From positions 13,640,001-13,704,000 of the forward strand of contig JBHGNT010000020.1 in assembly GCA_043228905.1 (NCBI GenBank): a stretch of 64,000 nucleotides of DNA. The letters are read 5' to 3'. A program made the translations under genes and the position numbers. How positions within the stretch are numbered: position 1 is the first letter of the stretch; every line of letters starts with the position of its first letter. Under the pieces are notes generated by a model, which made no database searches, was not told the DNA's origin, and saw only the letters and a program-made list of their open reading frames with translations. This DNA comes from Azolla caroliniana (lineage: Eukaryota > Plantae > Polypodiophyta). Of this stretch, positions 13,062-26,715 are shown in pieces.

Positions 13062-16000
13062 ACTAATATCTTTGTATTTTTCTCTTCAATTTCTTATTGG
13101 AATATGTTATATATTGAGTGGCAAACTCGGACAATCATGTGTCCAAGAATGAATCTCTTGATGCTAGCTTTTAAAGTTGCCATTTGGGTGGTTGTGGAAT
13201 GATGGTTTTAATTCTAGCCTTCCAAGAATGTAGGTCGTTTCGGATCTTGTTGAGCCAGGGGACTGACTTGCTTTATTTTCTGGTAGCTTTTTGGTTTAAC
13301 TGATGAGAGCAATTGTAAAGGAATTGCATGAGGTCCTCCTTTAATGTGTGGATGTAGGACATTGTTTATCTTGGAATTTATGTTTTTTAATGTCCTCGGA
13401 TGTTCCATTCTGATACTCCGTGAAACTTTTGATTTCAACATTTTTCATTTAGTGCTCTATAGACCTGATGAGTAGTCTTATGGATTTTTTTCTCAAATTA
13501 CTATCTTGCATTGCTATATAGACCTTCCAAATCCTCCAGAAATGGTATTTTTTGTTAGATACATAGGTAAGAACCAGATTTCCAGTTAGTGCCTTTCTTG
13601 CGAACAGATCCTTTTGTAATCAGTGGTTCTCCCAGGTCTACCTTATTGTAGACTTCTTGAACCCAATTTTTTCTTGTTTCTATTGAAGAATTCACCTGAT
13701 CATCGATAGTTGAGCCCTATAGATAAAGCTATGCAAAGGCTTAGGAAGGGTATGAGTGGTATGCTAGAACCATGTTTTGGATTGTATAAACTTAGTATCA
13801 GACAACATAGAAAGACAACTCAAGAAGGTAAAAAGGACAATTTGTAGACAGTATTGTTGAAACGATGGATCCCATGACTCCATACCATTGATTTAAGTGA
13901 GCTTGGACTACTTTCTCACATACACTTTTATTGGTTACATTTGCATAGCCATGACCATATTGGATTTATGGGAAGTAGATTGTGATTTGATTTGCCACTC
14001 ACAACAATGTGGCAGTCAAATAGGCATCATCTTTGTATCACTTTCATGTGTAATATTTCACAGACAATGAATGGTAGCAAATGTCTTTTGTTTCCCTTTG
14101 CCTTCATATATTTTCTGTCATGTCTCTACAAAAACAACCATTTTCACGAGTATGGTATCTCTTCCACTCCGAAGATTTTTCTATTGAGGGTTCTATGTGA
14201 AGCTTATTTGGCATATAAAACCTTATGCTTCTTGATATACAAATAAATAATGGTTCATTATTGTAAATGCTTCCCTGGTTTATAAATAACTTGTAGATCT
14301 CAACTAAGTACCTTGAAGGGTAGTTGAATTAACTTCAATTCTTGAAGCCTTTGATATTTATTAGTATTTTTTATCCTTTCTAACTTTTAACAACTATTTG
14401 ATGGTCATTATTATCAATTATTTCTAGGTGATTTGACTAGGCTTGTTGGTACATCAATTGAAGCGATATGAGTAATATTCTTATAAAGAGGCGGGAATTA
14501 GTGCACAATAAGTATTTGCTTCCCGAAGTGGACATCTCTTTGTAAACAAAGTGATAGAGAATCAAGAACATTCCATGTAAATGAGGGAACATTGCCTTAG
14601 AGAGAGTTCATGACATGTAGATATGAAGGTATGCATTAAAAAGAGCACCACATATATTGCATCCCAAGAATTTAAAATGGGTTAAAATTCATGGATGTAA
14701 TACAACCAAACACCAATATCAATGTATTCTTAGAAATGGAGCCCCTCCACTACAACATCATTGCCATCAATGTGTGTTAACAAAAAATGAGGAGATATAG
14801 ATAATTGTCTTTTGAATTACAATCTTAGATTGGTTGTAACTAAATTGGTAAGATTGTTAGGCGGAGACGAGTAGGTCAAGTGTTCAACACTACATTTTAG
14901 AGTGTCATTTAGTAAATTAGGGGAAAACGTGTATGATGTAACAATAAGGAATGAAAGTTGAATGCAAGGTCTTGTGTTGGTGGTCTAACAACTTACCACT
15001 AATTACGATACAAAAATTCATGGCAATTGTAGATGTAATGATAATGTGTTTGTATTAAGCAACGAGAAAATATAGAGGCATTTAAACATAAATAGTAGGC
15101 CCAAAATACATAAATTTCACTAAAATATAGGCAAGGTAGAATGGTTACCTCCAAAATAGGAAAACCATTTTACTTAAAAATCCACACATCCTTGAAAGTA
15201 TGTTAGATATTTATTGTGCAAACACATCAAGCTATGATTGAAGACAAGTGCATAATGGAACTTGATTGAATTTGAGTTCTCAAATAGGAAGATGACCCTT
15301 TGACAACGTGAGCAAGTAATGAGTGGATAAATTAGTGCCCATATTTTACACATATTTTATTTCCTTAGAAAACATAAAGAAACATAGGGCATGATAAGAT
15401 AGATGGTGATGTTAGAAAATTTGAGGGAAACTCACTCCTAGAAATGAAGCACTTCTCAATTTGCCTTGTTTGTACAAAATACGTCACTAAATGTCATAGA
15501 AAGCATGTGCTGGTAATGTGACGTTTCACAACATTTCAATATTTATAACTAATTGTGTTGTTATAAATCGATGTAAAAGACCCAACTTTTTTTTCAAATA
15601 TAAGAAAAGGGTGGTTATATTCACTCTTATGTTTCCATCAAAAGCTTGGTTTGTTCTCAAAAGTAGTCCATCTTTGCAAACATTTGTATGCTAGGGGCAA
15701 CCAATAGTCATATTCCTCTTGGGACGAACATTGTTTTCTCGTTTCCTCTGTAGTGTAAAAAGCTAACAAAAGGTTTGAGTAAAAACATAATAAAGGAGAA
15801 AATATTACATCTTTCATCACCAAATGTGAATGAGTCTCTCGAACTTTTTTGAGACTTCTAAGTGGACCAAAACACTTTCTCATCTTGCTTGGTGGAATTG
15901 TGAATTCGCTCAATAGTTTACCTCATCAATCACATTGTCTACCTTTTCGATGATTCACATCTTCTCATTGAATTCCTACTATTATCAAGCACATACATTT

Positions 16001-16234
16001 TTGTTCAACATCTTCTGCATGAAAGATGAATAGGCCTGAAGCTAGACTTATTTAGTCAACAAACGGGATCAATGGATCTCTTGACTCTTGAGACTAAAGT
16101 AGACAAATGTGTCATTTTTGCCTTTCTCATCCATTCTAGTGTGAAAGGAACCATAAAATCATATGTGATTTTTCTCAAGAGAACCCTTATTGTTTTATTT
16201 TTGGGCTCTCTTTCTTTCCCCTAGTAGTGTTTGC

Positions 16235-18427
16235 ATGGCTCTAGAAGGTCTTCAAGAAACATATTTGAAAGAGCAACGTGTTGTGGATGGGAAGCTCTTC
16301 CCTCTTGTGTTCAAACCATCTCTAGTGAACCAAACGATCTCATTAGAATCATCACAACATGACTTAGCATCATCACCTCTCCATATCTTTAAACAGAATA
16401 GAGAATTCATTGAGCATAAACTAGATGAACATGGTGTTCTCTTCTTTAGAGGTTTCTCTTTGCATTCTGCATCTCATTTCAATTCGATAGTGGATGGTTT
16501 TGGATGGAGAAATATGTCTTATGTGGGTTCGGCTCCTCGAACACGAATCTTGGGGTCAATTTACACTGCTAGTGATGCCAACCCTAATGTTAGCATCCCG
16601 TTTCATCATGAAATGTCCCAGGTGAACTCAATCTCATCTTGTTGATTTTTATTTATTTATTTATTTGAAAATTGCTTTAAATTTTGATTTTTATATGTCA
16701 CATTTGAACTCTTTACGTTCTTGTTGATTTTTTATTATATATATATTTATCTTTTCCTTGAATTGCTTATTTTTCTCGGACTCTTATATCCATGAATGGT
16801 GGTTTCTTCAAATTTGTTGATCAATAATTTGTAGAATTTAAAAGGGTGGCTAATCATTACCTAGGAAGTTCAGATGCTGAAGATATTTATGTGGGAAGAA
16901 TTCGGACAAACCCTCGAGTTTTTGATATTTCTCTAGACACAAATGGTCGACGAGCTCCCAAAAGAAAGAGTAATGATTTGACCATGTTATTGTCTAGATT
17001 GCACATCTAGTTGCCCTTGTGAGAGTGAATTCACCATGTGATTGTTTGAAGAGCAAATATAATTTGCTCTTTTGGGATTGACAAAGGGCCTTACGTAAAT
17101 AAAGAAAACCTGACCATACATCATACGTTTTCCCTTTGTGGATTCATTTAAGTTTTCTTGTTTAGAAGGGAAACTATTCATACGTAAGGCGTTTGTATCA
17201 CTAGCGATTTGAGGGACAATTAACTTGTCCTTGGTTATGTATACCTTTCGTTAGACATTCAGATGGATTGTGTTGTCAAACTCTAGGTCTAGACCCCTTT
17301 GTCCAAATCGTTGTCATCAAGACTATGTACAAATCTTAGGTCATATCCATCCCAATGAATATGTGTATATTCAAACCATAATCCAATAACTATGGGTTTG
17401 TTCTAGCCCATGGCTAACCCATAACAATGTACTCGATATGTATGTTAATACCAACCTTGTAAATTTGAGGAGAATTTTGGTTTTAAGAATTTATGCTTTT
17501 CATTTTTCTCTTAGAATTTTGACTCTAATGATTATGTATTAGATTTATTGATTATTTTCATCCTACTATTTGAGTGAACATCACAACAGATTACTAAAAA
17601 TTGGCCACACAAAGTGTTGTTCTTTTGCGAGACTCCTCCATTAGAAGGAGGCCAAACTCCAATTGTGGTTAGCCATAAGGTTGCCGAACAAATGTGGTTG
17701 GAATTTCCCAAGTTTATGCAAAAATTAGAGGAGCTAAAGATGCTCTACATCAAGATTTTGCCAATGGAGAAGGATCCTTCGCAAGTCTCCTCTCAAGGGT
17801 GGCCGATTGTATTTGGGACTTATGATCACGAACAAGCTGCAAAACGGTAGATTTTTGTTTGTTGTGCATACATCATTGCTCTTTGCTCTTGGACAACTTC
17901 ATTATATCATATAATGATATATTACATGTCTCGGTAATCATCTAAAGGTTCAATATATCCAATGTAATGCTTGTGTCTCAATTATTTTCTCATGCAAATT
18001 GAACTCAAAACATATGAATCGCAATAATAATGTTTTTTGTTCTTTTAGAGCGTCTGAGTATTTCAATGCCAAGGTGGAATGGCTTTCTGATGGAAGGATG
18101 AAAATGGTCTCCGGTCCCTTTAAGGCAACGCGAAATTTCGGTCGATTGAAGGGTAAAGATTGTTGGTTTAATCAGATGATAGTATATCACTCTGGTCAAA
18201 GTTCAAATTTAGAAATGCCTCCCTATGTGTCATATGATGTAGTTTTTGGAGATGGATCTCCGCTTCCAATTGATGTTGTTGAACGTTGTAGAAGGATACA
18301 CGATGAGAATAGTGTGGATATACCTTGGCAAGAAGGGGACATGATGATTGTAGATAACTTGGCTGTGATGCATGGACGTAGGCCATACAAAGCCCCTAGG
18401 AAAATCTTGGTATCTCTTTGTGAATGA
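16235..18427 (+). CDS. TauD/TfdA-family (clavaminate synthase-like) Fe(II)/2-oxoglutarate dioxygenase; exons 16235-16621, 17590-17846, 18049-18427
   Basis: Motifs HGVLFFRGF, IPFHHEM (HxE), FFCETPPLEGGQTP and WQEGDMMIVDNLAVMHGRRPY. GT-AG junctions join in frame (phases 0 and 2). Confidence 0.93.
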
Positions 18428-19265
18428 GGTACTATTGCTTTAAGAAGAACTAGATACCATAATGGTACCTCAATTTTTGTATAGTTTTAGGGACAACTCG
18501 TGTACATTTTCTCGAAACATAGTGAACCATAAACTTCGTTATGCTTTCATGTGGAACTCATCAATCTTTTGCATATATATTGAGCAACTATAGCATTAAT
18601 TTTACAAAAAATAGAATACTTTAGTCGTACCTACTATCTACGTGTATGTGTGTAAGTGAGTCCATGATAGAACATGTTTAATGAGATCCTTGATAGTGTT
18701 TATAAAATTTTGATTTATTTCTTGCATGAATAAAAATAGGCATTATAGCACATCCCGATAATATGGCTGAGAAATTTATTGTTATTGGATAACAAGCATT
18801 AAAATAAAATTGTCGTGCTATTTATTTATATCCTGTATCGCCATTTCTATAATGAGGCTTCAAAATACTCGACATTACATTATCTTTTGTTAATTGGAGC
18901 ACTCGTGAGAAGGATGATAATACGTCAAGATCCTTATGATTTGATCCCAAAGCATTGTGCATTGTCATGCCAAAAAAATCCAAGTGTGAGACTCATGATT
19001 TGATTCGTTGTCATTACTTATACACGTGATTGGCAATGGAGTATTTGTTATGGAGTAGGAGTGGTCCTGTCTAGAACAGGGAACTCATATAGTAGGAGCT
19101 ATGTCATTCAAAATCCTTTTTAACTTACTATCGAGATTAGAAGAAGCCGTTACGAGTCACGTGCACATGACACACTATGGAAGCAGACATTCAGATTTGA
19201 ACAACACCACACCACATTACACCTCGGGTGGTATCTCCTAATCAACGGGGAAGGCGGAGAATCTT

Positions 19266-19345
19266 TAATTCATGAATGAGAACCTGATTATATATAATTC
19301 ATGAATGAGAACGTGATTATATATAATTGATGAATGAGAACATGA
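19266..19345. repeat. About 30 bp tandem repeat, 3 copies, running into (TA)n
   Basis: taattcatgaatgagaac(c/g/a)tgattatata appears three times. Confidence 0.85.
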
Positions 19346-19387
19346 TTATATATATATATATTATAACATGTTATTGAACAACCAGTG

Positions 19388-19825
19388 GGTAACATTTGGC
19401 AATGGTTTGCTTCGAGAGGGTCAAAACCAAACCGTTTAAAATTTTAGAAACCCGAACCGAACCACGAAACCGTTAAACTGAACCATTAAAGTTTTTTTTC
19501 AAACTGTTAAGCCTTTAAACTGGTAAAACCGCGGTTTCGTGGTTTGGTTTCTGTTTTCAGCTTAGGTCAAAATTTTAAAGATTTTCTTAAAATGTGAGAA
19601 TAAAGCATGAAAATGAAAAGCTTGTTTAAAAACAAATTTTTTAATTGTTTTTAATTTTAAAAAACAAAACCCGTTAAATTGCGGTTTCTAACTGTTGAAA
19701 CCGAACCGAACCGTTAAATAAGAAAAAACCTGAACTTGAACCGAACCGAACAATTTAAAACCATTAAGCCATTAAGCCATTAAGCCATTAAGCCATGGGT
19801 TGAACCGTTGCTGATTGTTACGGGT
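19388..19825. mobile_element. MITE-like non-autonomous element with AAACCG/CGGTTT subterminal motifs
   Basis: Imperfect terminal inverted repeats (gtaacatttggcaatggtt versus reverse complement gtaacaatcagcaacggtt), many ccgaacc/aaaccg motifs, and an internal (ccattaag)n run. Confidence 0.6.
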
Positions 19826-19941
19826 GGGCACAACTATGTCAATTTGACTTCATGAATAGATGCTCTAACACAAGAGTAATCTTCTCTCCGAATGTGTTAA
19901 ATAGATACAGTCCAAATTGGTGTTATAAACATGCAAAAGGC

Positions 19942-19978
<37 letters not shown>

Positions 19979-20065
19979 GCGTGTTATTTATTAGAAGGAA
20001 GGGCCATCCATCTCTTATTAGCTTGTGATGATATTTATTATTATAATTTATGAATAGAAAAAATA

Positions 20066-20097
20066 TGGTCACCAACAGGATTCGAACCCACGACCTC
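20066..20097 (-). other. tRNA/SINE-derived 3'-half fragment (T-arm/B box, ends in CCA)
   Basis: Minus strand reads gaggtcgtgGGTTCGAATCCtgttggtgaCCA; no 5' half is visible. Confidence 0.45.
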
Positions 20098-20250
20098 TCT
20101 CTCTCTCTCTCTCTCTCTTTCTCACACACACACACACACACAATCTTATCTTCATCTCCTTCCACACACAGAGAACAGAAGACAGAGAACAGAGAACAGA
20201 GACAGAGACAGAGATAGAGCAGGATCACGAAGAACGCGTGAGCTGTAGCC

Positions 20251-22725
20251 ATGGCCGCCGCTTTCTCTGCTGCTGTTGCCCCTCCTCTCTCCCTTCTCCC
20301 TTCTTCCCTCGCCTCCTCACCCGCGTCCGCCTCTCCATCTCCGTTCGGCGCTAAGCAGATCGCTGGTAAGCCTTCTCCTTCCGCTCTCTGCTCTTCATCC
20401 CGATGAAACTTCTTATACATGGGCTTGTACTCCATGTAGGAGCATTGTAGAAGAAGAATAAGTCTTTTGATGAACATAGGGTTGTACTCCAGGTAGGGGC
20501 ATTGTAGAAGAAGAATAAGTCTTTTGATGAACATAGGGTTGTACTCAATGTAGGGGCATTGTAAAAGAAGAATAAGTCTTTTGATGAACATAGGGTTGTA
20601 CTCAATGTAGGGGCATTGTAGAAGAAGAATAAATCTTTTGATGAACATAAGGTTGTACTCAATGTAGGGGCATTGTAGAAGAAGAATAAGTCTTTTGATG
20701 AACATAGGGTTGTACTCAATGTAGGGGCATTGTAGAAGAAGAATTGGTCTTTTGATGAACATAGGGTTGTACTCAATGTAGGGGCATTGTAGAAGAAGAA
20801 TAAATCTTTTGATGAACATAAGGTTGTACTCAATGTAGGGGCATTGTAGAAGAAGAATAAGTCTTTTGATGAACATATGTATTATAGGATGTGTAAGGAT
20901 TAGCATTGCTGCAATTGATCTCTTACGAATGAATTTAAACTTTAACTTCAACATTTGGTTTGGCATTGCTATAGTTAAGCGCTTATGACTGAATTTGGGC
21001 ATAATTTTCCTGCCGAATCTCTTAGGAATTATTTTCTATTGAACTTTTAGTATCCAGTGTACTAGAAAAATCCAACCCCCCAAAACTTGAAAAAGTTTTT
21101 GTTTCTCCAAGTTGGAAACATTTCATACGATGTTGCTGAAAAAAGCTTGATTTCAAGCTAATTTGGCAAAGTACCACACTGTTTTTTTATGATTAGAGTT
21201 TGATGTATAAAACCTCAAATTCAAGTTAAATTCGTTCATCATTAAAGAACTTGACGCAGGAAAATTTAAATTTGAAGGTGAATACTCTCATTGCTAGAGG
21301 ATTTTATGTAGAACAGCTTAAAATTCATGCTGAATTCCTGGAAATGGCTTTTTCATCTTCAAGATTAGATGCAGAAAAAGCGTAAAATATAAGCTGAAGA
21401 TTGGAGTACCCGTTTCTTGAAAACTCCATGATTTTAGGGCTTGATGTAGAAAACTGGTTTTGGATCCGAACATTGGTGCAGCTAAACCCAAATTCAAGCT
21501 GAATTTCTGATATTTTCTTATTCATATTAAGGTTTTATGCAGAAAACCTTGAGTTCAAGGTGAATAATCATAAGGTTTATTCAGAAAAGCTTTAAGATCT
21601 GCTTCTTGAGCTTAGGGATTCACTCAGAAAGCTTGAAATATATTGTGTACTTACTGTTTTTTGCATATACAAAGGAATTGAAGCTCAATACTTGCAAACT
21701 TTTCTCTCATGATTTTCAACTTTCTTGCGCATACAGATTTTATTCAAGCTAAGCATCTTAGAGTCCTCTTGAAATAAGCTTGAATTCAATCTAAATGCAT
21801 GCAAACTGCTCCTTGATCTCAGAGTTTCTTGCAGTAATAATGTAAAAAGGGTGTCTTGACTTGGGTTTTCACACAGAAAGATATTGAATTCAAGTTGAAT
21901 ACCCTCAAAGGGTCTCTTCATCTTTCAGGATTTCATGCAGGAAAAGCATGAATTCAAGCTCAATACCTGCAAGCTATTTGCTTCTGAAAAGCTTGACCAG
22001 TGTAATCTTAGGGCTTCATTTCTTGTCTTTTTTTTGCTTCATGCTTTTTGCTGTCTTATTATGCACTTGATATGGTATTTTAGAGTTAGTGCAACATCAC
22101 CATCGATCCTTCTCCTTTCAGGTTTTTGATTTTCTCTTCTGTATCACAATGGATAATAGATTTGATCATAGAAATCATGTCTTTTATGAACCACGGAAGC
22201 ATGTCCGTTCGATTTCTTCTTCTTTTCAGTTTCTTGCTCTTCTTTTGCTGTATCATTATGGATTCGTACCCGAGACATCATGCAATACTCTCATTTAGGG
22301 TTTATTTAGGGAAAATGAAGCATCAGCATTAGTTATCATTATGTGTTCCATGAAAGCATCACCATTGATCCGTTTCTTTGTCTTCCTTCTTCATTTTGTG
22401 ACTAGGTCTACCTACATTGAGGAAATTACAAGTGTCATGCTCCTCAAAGAACATTGAACAACAAGACGATGCAAGAAACAAGGGTGTTGAATTCGCTCGA
22501 GTTTCGGCATCAGGTGTAGTGGCTTCAGCTCTAATGGCATCTCATCCAGCTATGGCTTTGGTCGATGAGAGGCTGTCAACAGAAGGAACTGGCCTCTCTC
22601 TCGGATTGAGTAACCCGCTCCTCATCTGGATCCTTCTTGGGGTAGCCACCCTCATATGGACCCTCTACTTCACTTACTCTTCCTCCCTTCCAGAGGGCGA
22701 TGATGACTCTGGTCTCTCCCTGTAG
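20251..22725 (+). CDS. PSBW: Photosystem II reaction centre W protein precursor; exons 20251-20365 and 22406-22725
   Basis: Ser/Ala-rich transit peptide in exon 1, phase-1 GTAAG...TAG intron, AMA lumenal cleavage site, mature [19 protein letters not shown]...DDDSGLSL. Confidence 0.95.
20425..20878. repeat. 57-bp minisatellite, 8 copies, in the PsbW intron
   Basis: Unit ttgtactcaatgtaggggcattgtagaagaagaataagtcttttgatgaacataggg, with only a few substitutions per copy. Confidence 0.97.
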
Positions 22726-24244
22726 ACCATGGTCTTGATTCCTTTCTTGCCTTCCATTTTCTTTTGGTGGTGTGGGTGTTGGTGTTGGTGATGGTGATGG
22801 TGTTTGTAATCCAAGGTGTAAATGTGGTATGATTATTGGCCCTTTCGATTGTTGTATCATGGTGTTGATTGAGACAAAGTTATTAGAAATCTGAGAGGGT
22901 GAATGGATGATCATTTCATGTTGCATAATGTCAAATTGATGTGTGGAAATATATGATTAATATCCATGATATACCAAATACAAATCTATACGATGGGTCC
23001 AAGCCTGAGTCCATGATGAGGATCAAACTTGTTGTACATTCACTAGAGGGCAAAATTAGTCTATAAGACAAATCCTGATTACAAGGTGTAGGTGACCGGA
23101 GGCTTGTTTGTAAGGGTCACATAAAGAGAGTAGATGAATGTGGTAGCTTTGTTCGTAAGGTTCACATGAAGGCCAGAAAGTTGTGTTCAACCATTGAAGT
23201 TTTCATTGTCATCTAGTCAAATAGATCCTCAAGTGTATGAGTTGATAAAAACATGGCATCATATGAAACAGAGGACAGAATGGAATTTACTTATCCTCTC
23301 AATGGAAATTTCCACACAAAAGGGATAAAGAGAATGAAAGGAAGAAATACTAAGCTCTACTAGAGGCCCATATTTGCCTATTGTCATTCATGATACAACA
23401 AAAATAAAAGTTCTACCTTTCCTAAAGTTTCATGATCATAATCTGAATTATTGTGGTGGAATGATTTTTGAGATGGTTTACAAGCAGCATGTGCGTAGCT
23501 AATATGTATGAGCATAGTGGTGACTAGATGTTTTATGTAAGATTGATCTTTTTTGTTGTTTTGATAAGTCACAAAAGATAAGTTCATTATACCATGGGAT
23601 TGTCAAATATGTCTAGAGGTCTATGATTTGAGAATTGGCTTTTGAATCCATCGACGTTTTTTGCGAACAAACATTCATAAGAAGACTTATATTGCCCATG
23701 TTTTTGATATGGATTTAACATGGACTAATGATATATGATAAATCGTAGAAGTGAAGAAACTAATAACTATCATTTATGTAGCTAGATACATCACAGTTGA
23801 AAACAAAAATTGGATTGAATGACCTCAAGGGAGACTATGAATACACGTAACTTTATATGAACTTTAATTATGAAAATCACGAGACAAAATCTAGTCTACA
23901 TGTAAAGGAATTGCATTGTCCACATCAATCTTTCATTGAGATGTAAGCATAAAATATATGATTTTGTGTAGGAGCCATTAAGAAAAGAGATTTCTATAAT
24001 ACCATGAATATCATGCTAGGAGGCTTGTTTAAATAATGTTGTACGAAGCAAAGAAACATATTTTTCTACATCATTTTCATATGTCACAGTTTGTAGGAAC
24101 CTATAGGTTATCATGTAATGTAAATATCATATTATGAAAAAGAGGCGGCATATATACAACTATGGTATAATCATTATTATTGGCAATTGCACATTGAGGC
24201 TTATCTATAAGACAAGACAAGCTTAAAAAAGGGACCAAAATACA

Positions 24245-24968
24245 TCAACCAATGGTGGGTATTTGATAAACCTTCTCATTCCTGTCAACAAAAACACGGA
24301 CTCGATTGAAGTGTAAGTCTTCGGTGACAGGAGAATGAACCGGCAAGATAATAACATTAAGTTTAGGGTTATCTGCAAGAATCCTGGATTTGGCTTCCAC
24401 ACCAGGAATGCCCAAAAGCTCTGGCCATGATGTCTTCACGCTTGTCCCCAAATTGGTCTCGTCCACCTCAAAAAAACCACAGACACACACTCAAGTCTTG
24501 TTACAACGGTTAAGGCAAAACTTACTAACATTCTCACACTTTTTTTTTTCCGAATGGGGCATTATAGTAGATGGCACAATAGAATGTAGGATGAGGCCAC
24601 ATGGTCTAAAGGCTTGAACCTTCTGGTTTGGTCACCGAGGCACAATCATATAACCAACCAACCAACCAACATCTGTCTCAATGATTTCTCTACCTCTCTC
24701 GCGCGATAAGTAGGAGCCATTATTATGCATTATGGGCTCTCTCTCTATATGTATGTATGTATGTATGTGAATGATATGTATGTAATGAATGAATGAATGT
24801 ATGGATGCATGTATGTGAATGATATGTATGTATGCATTGTAAATTTGTATGTATGTATGTATGTGAATGATATGTATGTAATGAATGAATGAATGAATGA
24901 ATGTATGTAATATACACACGCATTGTTGATAGGGTTGAGGAATGCCTTACAGTGTAATTCTGACTCAT
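24245..24968 (-). CDS. Potato inhibitor I family (MEROPS I13) serine protease inhibitor, copy 1; exons 24968-24951 and 24466-24245
   Basis: MSQNYT|VDETNLGTSVKTSWPELLG...PVTEDLHFNRVRVFVD...IPTIG. GTAAG donor, GAG acceptor, upstream TATA box. Confidence 0.9.
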
Positions 24969-25130
24969 CTTCACTTGAGCAAGAGAATGTTTCCAGAAAA
25001 TCTTTGGCGAAAGGAGGGATGCCTGTGTTTGATCTCTATTGGAAGAGTGATGTTTTGTGTCGGATGCCGATGGATGTATGTATGTATGTATGTATGTATG
25101 AGGGACTTTGTCTGCATTACAAAAACCTCC

Positions 25131-25138
25131 ATTTATAG
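25131..25138 (-). promoter_or_regulatory. TATA box of inhibitor copy 1
   Basis: CTATAAAT on the minus strand; the homologous CTATTTAAG lies at 28971-28979 in copy 2. Confidence 0.55.
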
Positions 25139-26715
25139 GCGTCTGGTTAATGCATTGCCTCGTTTTGTTTTATGATTTCTCTGACTCACCATTGAGGATG
25201 GATAAGAACTTTCTGACATTTCATTATTGAGCATGTGCTTGAACGTGCTGAAAGTGGGTAGATTGATTCAACGCGCTGAAACATGTAATTTTTGGTTTGT
25301 GATGCAGGGACGTGGAATTAAACAACACTTCCAAGGCGGTTTTGATCAGTTGTTTTTAGTTTGAGACAAATTTGTCAAAGAAAGATATTGCACATGTTTT
25401 TTTGATAAGGATTTCACATGTTTTTTTTGGCTTCAGAGAGGGCCAAAGTATATGGATTTTGCGAAATTATGAGATCATGCCCAGCCAACAATTTGCGAAT
25501 CCCATTTAAAATACAAATTCGAGAATCATTGTCCCACTAACAAAAATTTGATCCTAAAAATCATGCCTACTTTGCAAAATCGATTACCACAATCCCAAGG
25601 GAAGTAGTTTGGACAAGTTAAATCTCAAATTAATTAATGGACCTAGTTGAGGGAATAGCTAGTGAACGGGACACAGACATTTCTCTAGCTTAACACTGAG
25701 AATCAAACAGTGTACAATATTTGTATAACTTAATCATGATAAAAATCCAATTCCCTCATTTAATTTAGGAAATCTTGAAACTGGGCGTGAAAGTTTGGAG
25801 CATTGTTGTACTTACCTTGATTAGGCAAAGTAGACGACTAATTAATGAAACAAAGAATATCGAATTTCAGCTTGTAGATGATTAGTCGCCCATGGAAACC
25901 TAATGATGACTACTGATTGTGAGAAAGTAATCTTATCTCTGATACAAAAACATAGTTAAGCTTTTAAAGGCAGCAATTCACTGTCTGTCTTATTTGGTCA
26001 CATATTGGGAATTTGGTTCAGAATTTGAGCGACACTTCAGGTAAGTATGATAAACTAGGGTTGTATATGGGATGACTCAACCATGAAGATTAAAATGCAA
26101 TTCTAAGCTTCTCCATCACTCTTTAAATAGCATAGCTTTCAGGATGCACAATTTAAATAGACTTAAGGCCAAGCTACATAAAGAGAAACGCACCGCTCTT
26201 CAATCGAAAACATTCATTCTGGAGATAGAATAAGACTGGCATTTAGAACCTCTGTATGCTGCTTTTGATATTCTTTCAGCATTCCCCATTCAGAACTTTG
26301 GTAAAGTCATTAGCAAGTTGCAAATTGGATTCCCATCTTAAATATGATTATACAAAGCTAAAAGCATACATTATTTTATTGCTACCGATATATATTATAA
26401 TCCCGACAACACCATCATCTTACTTTCCGTCCTAATCTAATGAAATGAATGTATCTCATCTGTTTGAGTCAACTGGAATTTTCAGAACCATAATTCGAGT
26501 TGCCTGAACTTCACCTGGTCTACCAGAGCATAGCTTGTCTGTGCATTATATACTTAGTCATTTTGGTTACAGTATATGAAAATGCATGTAAAGCTGATTT
26601 ATGACTCTGTAATACATCAACAAGACCTTGAACACACACCTTGAGATATGTTCCTTATGATTGCAAGAAACATTTAGTTTGGTTTCCATTAAAGCTGACC
26701 CAAGTACAATACAAA

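Noticed and set aside
19923-21002. 359-aa antisense ORF with 19-aa repeats as a real protein
   Set aside because: It is explained by a 57-bp (multiple of 3) minisatellite plus the antisense of PsbW exon 1 and microsatellites; there is no independent coding signal.
20425-22000. CRISPR array
   Set aside because: The context is a eukaryotic intron. The 57-bp units have no unique spacers, the palindromic cores are too degenerate and irregular, and no cas genes are present.
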